The translations under genes and the position numbers were made by a program. Below the pieces are notes generated by a model. The model was not told the origin of the DNA. It did not search any database and was given only the letters and a program-made list of their open reading frames with translations. A stretch of DNA of 63,858 nt, the filler included, from Octopus bimaculoides (lineage: Eukaryota), in NCBI RefSeq assembly GCF_001194135.2. It is 5 parts of 3 records of this genome, joined end to end, with 100 filler letters (N's around TTAATTAATTAA, not from the genome) between each part and the next. Parts side by side here need not be neighbours in the genome. Positions count along the whole stretch, not along the records: positions 5,630 to 30,658 come from NC_068981.1; positions 30,759 to 52,811 come from NC_068985.1; 3 more parts are not named here. The stretch is one strand, 5' to 3'. Below, piece by piece: positions 23,401 to 35,500 of the stretch (the first letter of the stretch is position 1; the number at the start of each line of letters is the position of its first letter).

Positions 23401-26149
23401 TCAGTGGTAGCTATCCTTTTTGTTTTATTTCAGACATATTGTATCTAGGACTACTATATAGAATGTGTTTTTCCTCTTTTTAAGACAATAGGGTGTGATA
23501 CTGGGAAGATTTATCTGCTATTTCTCTCAATTTAAATGACCAAATAGATGGACAACCTTATTTTGGATGTTGTTTAGAATATGAGTAATCACTATTCCTG
23601 ATGTAGGAATATTACAATATTATAATTTACAATGAACTTTAGTGTTGTGTAGAATATGATCAACAACTTTTGAACATTTAATTTCATATCTTAGTTGCAC
23701 CATACCTTATACAATCAATTAGTTCTACCCACACCACTAGGTCACATGTGCATTCTAGTGTTTGTACATTCATTTTGTAAGCAGATGTGTATGCATGCAT
23801 TCCAATGTGTATATATATATATACCTTTTCTGTAAATAGACTTGTTATATGTGTCTATATATAATATTTATTTTCTAAGTAGATATATATGTGCACTATG
23901 TGCATGCTAGCCTCTGTGTGTGTCTGTCTATGTGTGTAGTATATTAAAGTCTGTGTATTTGTAATGGTTTGTATATCTCCATTTTTCTGCACTGGCAAAT
24001 GTATGATTATGTATGTTTTGTTTATGGTGTGTATGATGGGATGTTCTGTGTAAGTATATGACCATGTTTTAAACATATGCACCTGTGATGTGTTTTTGTA
24101 TATCTAATACATGCAGCTCATGTATGTGGGCATAGGTTTTTTTTTGGGGGGGGGGGTTTCAACATTTAGCTATGTATTTAGACAATTCATTTATTCATTT
24201 TAGAAGTTCTTAAATGTTTGGGCACTCACTTATTCACCTAAATAAAAACTTAAAGAAACCTCTAAATTTGATTTGGTTATTTCCAGTGCAGAAAAAAAGA
24301 AGAAAAGTCAAACTAGTATCTGCATAGTCACCAATTTGTACCAACTCTACTTCAGACTTCAATGCTCTGTGGCCATGTCAACTCTCTATAGCATTTACCT
24401 GAGTCTGTTCCCCTTGACATTTGTCTAAGACAACTTACCTCGTCATTTGCTGATATCAAAAAATATTTAAATTCATGATTTATATCACCTTATGAGAACT
24501 TATGAGATCAACCCCTTCTTTCAAGAAAAAGAAAGTGTAAAAAACTTCTAACAGTCTATCTAATTGTATGATAAAGAAGTAGTAGCTTTGAATTTTTAAT
24601 CTCAGCTGTGTAAGTCCCCATCAGCTGGAATATACGCAACAAGTCTCTGAGAATATCAAACTAATGTTAATTACTTTCCCGCCGTATTGAATAAAATTGT
24701 AAACTTTATTATTTTCTTTCTCTCTTCCTTCTTCTTCCACTCTTCCTACCCCTCTTACTTTGCTACCTGCTCTGTAATTTTTGAGTTCTTTAGCTGCTTA
24801 GCTGAGGGAATTACTTAAAGAATGGAGCCAATAAGTTAGTGTACCATAACTAGCGAACTTCTTAACATTAAGCATTGAGAAATTCCAGTTAAGCAAAGTG
24901 TTAATGTGTCAGAATAAAAGTGTGCAAAGTGTAAAATACTCATTAAGTGAGATGGAATTAACAAAAACTCCAAGTGACAGAATCGTCAGTTTGATGAGAA
25001 ATCACCAAACCGATGCAATAATGAAACAGATTCCACAATTAATGGTGCCAAATTTTGATTTAGCATTTCTTTGCAGTTTCTAAGAATGCCAACTTGTCAG
25101 CTTAGCTCACTTTGAATTGAATGTCCAATCTCATTGCTGCTCTTTTAGTTTTAGTTTTTCTAACGATCAGCTTGTGTGAAATAGAACACCCTTGCATATC
25201 TTGTGAACTCACTTTTGAAATGTGTAGGCCTTTACTTTGCACACTGCCCAGTACATCCATTTTCTTTCTCAATGAGAAAATCTCACCAGCTTTCTAAAAC
25301 ATTTATCCTCCCTTTCTTCACCTTTCTTTCCTTCTCTCTGATTTTTCTCTCCCAAGTAGTCTGCCTTGATACAAGGAATGTGTCATAATCCTGCGTGATT
25401 AATTTTTATTGATTGATTATCAATGGGAAATGGGTACTGAGATTTTTTCACTATTGCTATTATGATATTGAACATCTGCAGTGGTTTCTAATTGGTTAAG
25501 ACACGTGGAAAAATATGTGAAATAATCAATTATGGAAAAACTCTAAATGAAACTTTTAATCTTTTTTTGGAAAGACTGGCAGCAAGCTCTAAAGCTATGT
25601 TATGGTGGTAACCTTCTCTTACCTACCTACTGATAACATACTCATATTGTGTCACACATCAATGAACAAATGAATACCATATATTAGTAACATATTAGAG
25701 ATTTCCTCATACTATTCTCTGAACTACTGTATATTCCATATGGTTCAGTGGTTAGAGTGTCAGGCTCACAATCATGAGGTAGTGAGTTTGATTCCCAGAC
25801 CAAGCTGTGTGTTGTGTTCTTGAGCAAGACACTTTATTTCACATTGCTCCAGTTCACTCAGTTGCAGAAATGAATTGTGACATCACTAGTGCCAAGCTGT
25901 ATCGACCTTTGCTTTTCCCTTGGATAACATCAGTGGCATGAAGAGGGGAGGCTGGTATGCATGGGCGACTGGGGAACTTTCTTGGTGCAATCCCATGGTC
26001 ATTCATGACCAAAGGGGGTTTTTAGTATACCTTATATACATTATTTGTAGCATACCTTTATATATACCTATTGTATCCTACAGTATACCTTAGCAACATA
26101 CTGGTGGACTGTTGTTAACTTAAGTTAACAACATATTCAAATTAATATA

Positions 26150-26590
26150 GGTGCAGGTATGGCTGTGTGGTAAGAAGTCTGCTTCCCAACCACATGGTTT
26201 TGGGTTCAGTCCCACTGTATGGCATCTTGAGCAGGTGCCTTCTACTGCAGCACTGGGCCAACCAAAGCCTTGTGAGTAGATTTGGTAGGGGGAAACTGAA
26301 CGAAGTCCATTATATATAGCTATATATGTGTGATGGGCTTCATTCGGAGTGTGTGTATGTTTGTGTGTGCGTATATAGATGTGTGCACATGTATGTATTA
26401 GTGTTTCTGTTTGTCCTTCACCACTAGTTGACAACTGTTGTTGATTTGTTCACATCCCTGTGACTTAATGGTTCAGCATAAGAAACCAATAGAGTAGGTA
26501 CCAACCTTAAAAACAAAAGTAGCACTGGGATTGATTCATTCAACTAAAACCCTTCAAGGCAGTGCTCCAGCATGGCCACAGTCCAAGACC
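26150..26590 (+). mobile_element. tRNA-derived SINE, near full length (main family)
   Basis: ggtgcaggtatggctgtgtggtaagaagt..gggttcagtcccactg; related copies at about 10213-10400(-), 16500-16670(-), 19110-19260(+), 22270-22650(+), 27000-27145(-), 28440-28600(+), 32170-32460(+), 43688-44020(+). Confidence 0.85.
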
Positions 26591-26645
26591 ACCTGGAAGG
26601 ATTTTGTCAAACAAATCAACCCAGTCTTCTTTTTGCTTTTAAAGG

Positions 26646-26905
26646 CAGGGCTGTGGAGTCGGAGTCAGAAGCAATTAAGGGGTAGCTGGAGTTGGTAAAA
26701 CTATGCCGACTCTGATTCTGACTCACAATATCTTTATTCTTTAATATAAACTGGTTATAACATCAAAGTACAAGCATATGCATATGCTTTGAGGTATGTA
26801 GACCACAATCACTTAATTACATAAAGAGGAGTCAGAATCAGAGGTGCCAATAGTACAGGAGTCGGAGTCAGAGTTGAAGTTTTTTGTTTCAACTCCACAG
26901 CCCTG
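26646..26905. mobile_element. MITE with cagggctgtggagt TIRs (hAT-like) and internal ggagtc repeats
   Basis: cagggctgtggagtcgg ... tcaactccacagccctg; no clear TSD. Confidence 0.7.
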
Positions 26906-27452
26906 GTCAAATGTAATCTTATTTATTCACATAGTTTTGAATTAATCATCTTGTAGTTTCAATATTTCAACAATGTAATAGTTTATTTTTAGAGGCTTTC
27001 ACACAGTTCCTAGATTCACTCACAAGGCACTCATTGGCCCTGGTCTATAGTAGAAGATACTTGTTCAATGTGCCACACAGCGGGACTGAACTCAAAACCA
27101 CCTGGTCGCAAAGTGAGCTGCTTAACCACACAGCCATGCCTACTAGTGTGTAGAATGTTACCAAGAATCACTATTAAAAGATGAAACCTTCAGTGATATC
27201 TTACCCTTTAGTATTTAAAGCAGCCATATCTGGCCCAAATATGCTACTTGTTTTTTGTTCAAACTGGGCATATCTGGCCTCTCACACCTACCCTATGCAA
27301 TGTCATTCTAAGAATAAGCAACCACATTATTGAAATCACAAAACTATGTGATAATGCATGATTAATTCAAAGCAATATGAATAAATAAACATTACATTTG
27401 ACAAAATAATCTGAATGCTAAAGGGCTAAACAACAAATGTCTTTATACTTCT

Positions 27453-27499
<47 letters not shown>

Positions 27500-28390
27500 A
27501 TGTATAAATAAGAGGAAGTGGGTTCGATCTCATTTGCAGCCCTCTTGCAATTTATCTTTTAGACTGATTTTTGTTATCTTATCTTTTTTGTTTTGAAGAA
27601 GAAGGAAGGGCAATGCCCAAGTTATTTGCAGGGCCTCCAACACTGACGATAGATAGGGTGAACATTATGCTCAGACCAGAGACTTGGCCCAAATGCTTGC
27701 AGTAGAGTGGACTTTGCTAAAAATCACCTAAGGGCCAGATGGTGATATTAAAACCAGGCAATGAATTAAGCCTGTCAGCCAAGAGTATGAATAGCCTCAC
27801 CAACAGGCTTTCTCACAGTTTCCATCCACCAAATGTTATTTACAAGGATTTGGTTGATCTAAGGAAATGGTGGGAGACATTTGCTCAAGGTACCAGGTTG
27901 TGATTTTAAACCCAAAACCACATAGTTGAGGAGTGAGCTTCATACTCAGAGTGATATTTACATACAATTACAGAAAAACATAAATATGCCTGTGTACAAG
28001 CGTGTGTGTGTGTGTGTGTATTTGCACATGTTTGTGTGTACATATTTGTGTGCATCACAGACTACTTGTCTAAGGGGATAGTTGCTTTGAATAAGAACTG
28101 ATACAGAGTCAGAAAGAACTCATTACCTCTCCTTGCTTGACAATGTCTCTAGAGTGCTACTGGTATGACGAAATGCATGGTGATAGCAAAGACAAAATGG
28201 TTGGTGATAGGAAGGACATCCAGTTGTAAAAATCATGTTAAAAGGACATATATATATTTATATATATATATGTTAAATCTCTGAACGAGGTATTAACAGT
28301 AACTGCACGACAAGGTGAAGTATATTTGCCACTTAAATGCGGCTGATGTTCCTGTTGCTTTTAGCCCCAGGAGAACATCTCCTCCAGCTG

Positions 28391-28440
<50 letters not shown>

Positions 28441-28624
28441 TGCAAATATGACTGTGTTGAGTAAGCAGCTTGCTTCCCAACCACTTGGTTCCAGGTTCAG
28501 TCCCACTGCATGGCACCTTGGGCAAGTGTCTTCTACTAAAGCCCTAAGTCAACTAAAGCCTTGTGAGTGGATTTGGTAGGTGGAAACTGAAAGAATACCA
28601 TCTTTTATACATACGTACATAAAC

Positions 28625-28877
28625 TGTTGTGTCTGGGGAGAGTCATTCTCTTTTGGTGTCTTATAATTTAACACACTCACCGGTAAAATTTCCACTTATT
28701 TCTTTTATATTTTTCTAAAAATTTCGTTGCGTCTTGCAACCTTTTCAATAGTTTTGAAAAGGTTGCAAGATGCAACGGAAATTTTAGAATAATAAAAAAG
28801 AAATAAGTGGAATTTTTACTGGTGAGTGTGTTAAATTATAAGGCACCAAAAGAGAATGACTCTCCCCAGACATAACA
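28625..28877. mobile_element. Palindromic foldback element, about 124-bp arms and a 5-nt loop
   Basis: 28625-28748 is a near-perfect reverse complement of 28754-28877. Confidence 0.9.
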
Positions 28878-28987
28878 GAATATGCTTCAACACACGAACT
28901 CACATAAAGAATCTGTGTACTTTCATTTTCTCAATCCCTCAAGAAAAATGATAAAAGATTTTATTTGGTTATATATATGTGTGTATA

Positions 28988-29209
28988 CAGTAATCTCTCT
29001 CCATATCATAGTTCACCTATCACAGCTTATCATTTAAGCTTACGTCGATTCCTCCATGGTGTTGTTTTGCATTTATAATAAAATAAATATATGCAAATTA
29101 TAAAAATAGTAAAAAAAAATATACAGTACAGTACTGTTTCTACTTTGCAGATTTTCACCTATTGCAGGGTTTTTGGAACATAACACCTGCAATAGTTGAG
29201 GGATTACTG
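28988..29209. mobile_element. Tigger/pogo-like MITE
   Basis: ta-cagtaatctctc ... gagggattactg-ta. Confidence 0.75.
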
Positions 29210-29441
29210 TATATATGTATATGTGTGTGTATACATATATATAGGTATACATATATACTTATATATACTTATATATATGTGTATGCATATGTATANNNNN
29301 NNNNNTATACATATATATAGGTATACATATATACTTATATATACTTATATATATGTGTATGCATATGTATATATATATATGTGTGTGTATGTGTATATGT
29401 ATATATATATGTATGTGTGTGTATATATGTGTATATATATA

Positions 29442-29486
<45 letters not shown>

Positions 29487-29704
29487 ACTTCTAATATAAG
29501 GATAAAATTTTTCAAAAAAATGTTATCAGTGACCAGCATATGAAAAATACCTTTTAAGGTGAAAATTATAAATACAATTATAAATAAGCGCAAACAAAAA
29601 AATTTTCTTTGCCAATATGCTGAAAAAATAGACAGTAAATTGTCTAATCACATACAATATTTTCACTATTATTACAGTGAAAATATTGTATGTAGTTAGA
29701 CGAG

Positions 29705-30414
29705 ATCGTCACATTGACCATGACAGAGAAAGTTGAGCACAGGATCTGCATCAAATTTTGCCAAAAGCTTGGCAATACATGCTCAGAGGCCTACACAAAG
29801 TTTTCAAAAAGTTTTCATCATTCTCGACACAATCAAGAGCTTGTGTAAATGAAACCCAAGTGTCTCTTTGGTCAGCTGAAAGCTGTTTTGGCTCAAACTT
29901 TGCAAACACATCTCATACCAAAATCTTCAGTGATAATGGACTGAACTGAACTGTATCTAATTTGCACATCCTCTGATAATTCACGGATAGGGATTCGATG
30001 ATTTCCCCTCAAAGCTGCACCCATATCTGTGATGTTTCTCTCAGTTCAGCTGGTTGTGGGCCTCCCAGAACGTTCATCAATATTGACATTTTTTCAGCAT
30101 TCTTGAAAACGTCTGAACCACTCGTACATTTATGTGCAGCTCATACACTCCTCTCTATACACTTTCTGCAACTTTGCGTAGGCCTCTGAGCAGGTATTGC
30201 CATGACAACTTTCTCTGTCATAGTCAATGCAATGATCACACGCTACACACTTTCCTTCAAAGCACTGCTGTAAACAGCAGAAGTGAGCTAGAACATTAAA
30301 ACTTAATGTGCATGCACAGCAGAGTTCAAGGTCAGTCTTTGCCAAGCAGCTTCACTCTGTGTGCTTTAGCTTCGTTACTATGCAACAGTCCAGATACTCA
30401 TTGATCAGACCTCG
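29705..30414 (-). mobile_element. Mariner derivative with an inverted 5'-end duplication, copy 2
   Basis: TIR (reverse complement) ta-cgaggtctgatcaatgagt at 30416; same architecture as 19721-20467. Confidence 0.85.
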
Positions 30415-30603
30415 TATATTGCAAACATTACTTATATATATGTGTGCGTGCATTTGTATGTGCAAGGAACAACTTTTTTATGAACAAATTAAAACAACTT
30501 TTTTTTCCAGCTTTAGCTTTTTTATCAAGATTTTCTAATATTATCGTATGCTGCATAAATACATTCATAGAAGCAGTCCACCCCCCATACAATATATACA
30601 CAG

Positions 30604-30658
<55 letters not shown>

Positions 30659-30758
30659 NNNNNNNNNNNNNNNNNNNNNNNNNNNNNNNNNNNNNNNNNN
30701 NNTTAATTAATTAANNNNNNNNNNNNNNNNNNNNNNNNNNNNNNNNNNNNNNNNNNNN

Positions 30759-31000
30759 TGGATGCCCTTCCTAACACCAACCACTCCGAGAGTGTAATGG
30801 GTGCTTTATGTGCCACCGGCACGAAGGCCAGTCAGGCGGAACTGGCGACGGCCATGCTCAAAATGGTGCATTTTACGTGCCACCTGCACAGGAGCCAGTC
30901 CATCGGCACTGGCAACGATCTCGTTCGAATGTCTTTTCACATGCCAGGGAGGCGACGTTGGTAACGATCAACGGCCACGCTCGAAATGGTGTGATACGGC
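30759..31000 (-). mobile_element. RTE LINE 3' UTR fragment
   Basis: Matches 8525-8760 and 35890-36130. Confidence 0.8.
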
Positions 31001-31002
31001 AT

Positions 31003-31097
31003 GCTTACAGCACCTAGGTTTCCCAAGCGGTCACCCATCTAAGTACTAACTAGGCTCGATGTTGCTTAACTTCGGTGATCGGACGAGAACCGGTGCT
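31003..31097 (-). pseudogene. 5'-truncated 5S rRNA copy
   Basis: Reverse complement: agcaccggttctcgtccgatcaccgaagttaagcaacatcgagcctagttagtacttagatgggtgaccgcttgggaaacctaggtgctgtaagc, corresponding to 5S from about nt 24 to the 3' end. Confidence 0.9.
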
Positions 31098-32520
31098 AAA
31101 GAGAAACAAATTTCTGATTTGTATATTTGAAATATGTAAGTAGAAAATTCTACTTAAATATTGTCGGTAGTAGGAAAACTCGAACCACATTATCCAAATG
31201 ACAACTCCAATGAAATCAGAGTTGTCTTCCTTTGCATGAGTAATCGATATGCAACACTAATTTCTTACTGAATTTCTGATGAGAAAACAAAGAAGGCAAA
31301 TGACAAAAGCAATTTTAGGTGAAAGATATTTTTCACATAGACTTATGGTGTACTAAATTTAGGAAAGCAATGATAAAGGCTAAAAAAAAAAATATTTTTT
31401 TGGTAAAGGTAGAAGCATCCATCATGTAAAAATGTTGTACTCTGCTGTAACATGGGAAACAAGGGAAAATGTGTTCCATGTTAAATAATTCCACACTATA
31501 GCAAACGTTCCACAATACCTATATTTTAAGTCAGTCAAAATGTCTCTTTGAAAACCAAATAGCACAAAATATTTTAAATGTAGTTTTAGACCGAGTTTGC
31601 TTGAAAGATGTTTAATAAAAATAGTATTATATGTCACAAGACAGAAGTTCATCCTGGAACATTCATTTTTTCCATGCTAACATGAGTTAGATGAATATAA
31701 TCTTGAGACATTGTTTCAGTGCTGTATACTCTTCTTGTAAACAACCCATACCTGTATTTTAAGATAAGGATTTCTTATTTCACATGTCTTCGAAGGTACA
31801 AAGCAAGTGTAGGAATTTTTTCTTGATAGGTGAAATGAAAATATCACTGAGTGCAGCACAGTAACTCTGGAGAAATGCAAATATGAACACATATGCATGC
31901 ATACACACACACACACAATCAGATTTCATTCAGCTTCTGTCTATGATATTCACTCACAAGGCTTTGACCAGTGTCTATTACATTTGACAGAAGAATTTGA
32001 ATTATAAATGGTTAAAAATAGTGTGTTACAGACTACATAATCCAATATGTCTCTGCATTTCACGTACATTAATGTCAAACACTACATATCATATGGTGAT
32101 CCAACAATATTGATTGCAAATAAAGTGACCAAATGCTGAAAAGAAACCAAATCATTAACATCCTCTGTCTTCTATTATAGCCTCAGGCTGTCCAAAGCCT
32201 TGTGAGTAGCTTTGGTTGACAGAACCTGAAAGAAGCTTGTGTGTGTGAGAGAGAATTTGTGCCTGCACTTGTCCACCACTACTGCTTGACAACTGGTGTT
32301 GGGTTATTTACGACCCTGTAACTTAGCGAGCTGGCAAAAGAAACTGATAAAAGAAGTACCATGCTTAAAAAAAGTATTGTGGTCAATTTGCTCAACTAAA
32401 AATTCTTCAAGGCTTCATGGCTGCAGTCTAATGACTGTTTCAATTAAAAGATGAAAGACAAAAGATAAAAGACAGAAAATATATTGCTTTCGTTATTTAT
32501 CAGTAAAATCACAACAACAC

Positions 32521-35500
32521 TTACTTGTTGAAAGGTTTCTTATGTGGCCATTTTTTCTCTTTTGGATGATATCTGACAGGATAAATAAATTCAAATGATG
32601 GTTCGGGCATTTCTAAAAAAGAAAAAAAAAATAGAATGTCAGACTAAATGGATGAAAATAAGTTAGAGGCTCTATCATTTTCTAATTAATTTCTTACACT
32701 TGCTTGATTNNNNNNNNNNTCTTCAAAACTGCCCTCTCTTTCAATTGACAACCTTTCCCCTCATCAAGGAAATGATGAGCCTAAAGCCTTGTCACAGGCA
32801 CACAGGTGTTTTTACGTGTCACTAGCATATGGGTGCTTTTCATGTCTCACCAGCACAAGTGCCTCTTACATGTCACTGGCACTGTGCATGACTACAATTT
32901 CACCTGACCATCTTTGTTTTCAAGACGAAAGGTGTTCTTCCATAAGGAAAATGCTCAGCCACATACAGTGACAATGACATTCCAAAGGCTGAAGCAGTTT
33001 TAATGGGAAACAATGCCCCACCCTCTGTATTTGCTGAACACTGCCTCATCTGATTAACATTTATTCCACAGTCTTAAAAATCCTTTTGACGGAAAAAAAT
33101 ATGAATTTTATAGACAAGGTCAGAACAGTACTGGAGGAGTACTTTTCATCATAGACAAGTGAATTTTGGAAGAGGGGCTTTGCAAGTCTACCAGATAGAC
33201 GGAAGAGCATTGTAGAAAATGAAGGAGAGTATTAGTTATAAAATCTCAAGAAGAGATAGAGTAGTAACGTATAGTAAACAGTAAAGCCTGTCGCCATATC
33301 AAGGTGGCTGTTGAATGTCACTACTAGTTTAACCCCAGGCAGATTCTCCTCCACCAGCTGGTTATCGCTGCAACACTCTGCACCCTTCATATACCATATA
33401 TTGCCAGCAGGGGGAGCGAACACCACCTACCCTCTAGCAGCTAATAGGACCGCAAAAAGCAGTTAGCGGTAGCAGATTCTAGATATTGCTTTGGTGTGCA
33501 GGTACTAACGACTGAAGATGAGGCAAACAGCTTGAAACTGAGTCAGTTTTGCAATCCTGTAAGCTGCTAGAGGGTAGAAGGGGTTCACTCCTCCTCGTAG
33601 CAATATATTTTAGATTAAAAAATAAACTTTGTTCATCTTAATTTTGAAAAATAAAAGAGATATAAAAAAAAAAGGCATTATTTATGGGATGACCCAATAA
33701 TATCAAAATATCACTATTATGTTTGACTTTATTACAAATACATCCATATTCTAGCAAGCTTAGAATGTTGAAAGGTAAAGTGGAGCTGGATAATTTTTGA
33801 ACTCACAACAGAAATGGGTGTAATAAATTTCTACCTATTTTGACCTATTCTAGTCACAGCATTTTGATATAACACAATGACCTCTTTGGTGGTGCAAGAG
33901 TATATAAACATCACCAAATGCCCATCAAATGCTTTAATGGAAAAGCACATTGGATAATGCAAATCCAGACACATTATCTAGAATGTAGATGGCATGCCCA
34001 TGATCCAATCATTCAACAGTCAGTTTTTAGAATGGAATACACAGCAAAAACAGCAGTTAGTTCAGAAAATATGAAAATCCAGAAAAAAAGCAACCCATTT
34101 TCAGATCTCTGAACTAATAGGAACTGACAAATTAGGAAGATATTAACAGAACAGAGATTTCTGATGTTCATAACTTTAAGATTTGACAAAAAGAATGAAT
34201 AAAAACATTTACATGAGTGTATGGAATAACTGACAGAGCATTCAATAAATAAATACCTTATGCTATTTAGATACAGCTATTTATGCTCTGAGTTTAAATG
34301 ATGACCAGGTTCACTTTATCTTTCATCATTCTGAAATTGCTAGAATAAGTACTGAGAGTGATGCATTCAATTGTACTCTAGAAAGAGTGGTGCTCCAGCA
34401 TGATCATAGTTCATGTTAAATCAATAAAAGAATGAGAGAAAATACTCACCAAGTATATCATGGAAAACCTGAGTAACACTTTTATCCCATTCACTTTGAA
34501 AAAACTGCAAGCTTACAGGAGTCAAATCATCTTCAAATTTTTTGTAGAAATCAAGATTTTTGAATGTTCTTTCTTCAAGGGACTTACTGAAAAAAAACAA
34601 AAAACAAAGAAACAAGATAACTCAAAGTACTTTAATACTTTAGGAAACATCATCATTTAATGCTGGCATGGGTTAAACAGCTGGCAAGCCAGAAGACTGC
34701 ACTGAGTTCCACTGTCTGTTTTGCATGGTTTTCACAGCTGGCTACCTTTTCTAACACCAACCACATTACAGAGTGGACTGGGTGCTTTTAACATGGCACC
34801 ATCACTAGCAAGGTCTCTATTGGCATAGTTTTCATAGCTGGACACCCTTCCTAATGCCAACCACTTTAGGAATGAAGTTACCAAAAAAGGACTGACAAAT
34901 AATTTTTGTATTATTTATGATGCATGGTTATATTTTATTGAAAGTCTCTCTAAAATAGTTAACAGTTTCTGTTATATAGATAATGACCAATTTGGCAGTG
35001 AAAGAGGGTACCTCAAAGCTTTGTAGACAGAATAAGGAAGAGTTGTAAAATGTCTAGAATGCTATTACCTCAGCTCGCAATAAAAAACATTCTTCTTCAC
35101 AGGAAAAAGTAGATTGTGTTATGAGTGTATGAAGAGTTATATTGTGTGACAGTGAAACATGCAATCAAAGTAGATGTGTGAAGACTGGAAAGAAATGAAG
35201 GTAGCCTCTTGTGGCAGATAGGTAATATAAGAGTGCATGAATAAAAGAGCAGAAATAAGCTGAGAGAAAAACTGGCTACAAGAGAATGAGATGTAGTGAC
35301 TGAACTCATATGATATTTATGAATGGTAATAGTTTGATAAAGAAGAGCCAAATGGTGATGTAATCAGAAGGAACTTGCAGGATATGATGAGTGAGAAAGA
35401 CATGGAGGCGGTAGTGAAGGTTGATCACAAGAAAGTTAAACCTCATCAAGGAGATGACAAAGAACCACAAGTGGTAAGATGCTGGAGAAACCCAGTCACA

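Noticed and set aside
24280-24570. Coding-looking segment with an acceptor
   Set aside because: All frames are interrupted by stops and no family is recognisable.
25729-25746. Minus-strand EPYGIY resembling the vertebrate MRPL38 C-terminus
   Set aside because: It overlaps a SINE head, has no acceptor or upstream YLD.YRD, and has a stop just upstream; this is a chance match.
26150-26230. tRNA-like heads of SINEs as tRNA genes
   Set aside because: They have no complete cloverleaf or anticodon arm and continue into SINE bodies.
31716-31867. Candidate MRPL38 exon 8 (acceptor ttctccag|, KVTVLHSVIF..VPSKTCEIRNPYLKIQ)
   Set aside because: The phase fits, but there is no convincing similarity to mL38 C-termini; it is unsupported without cDNA.
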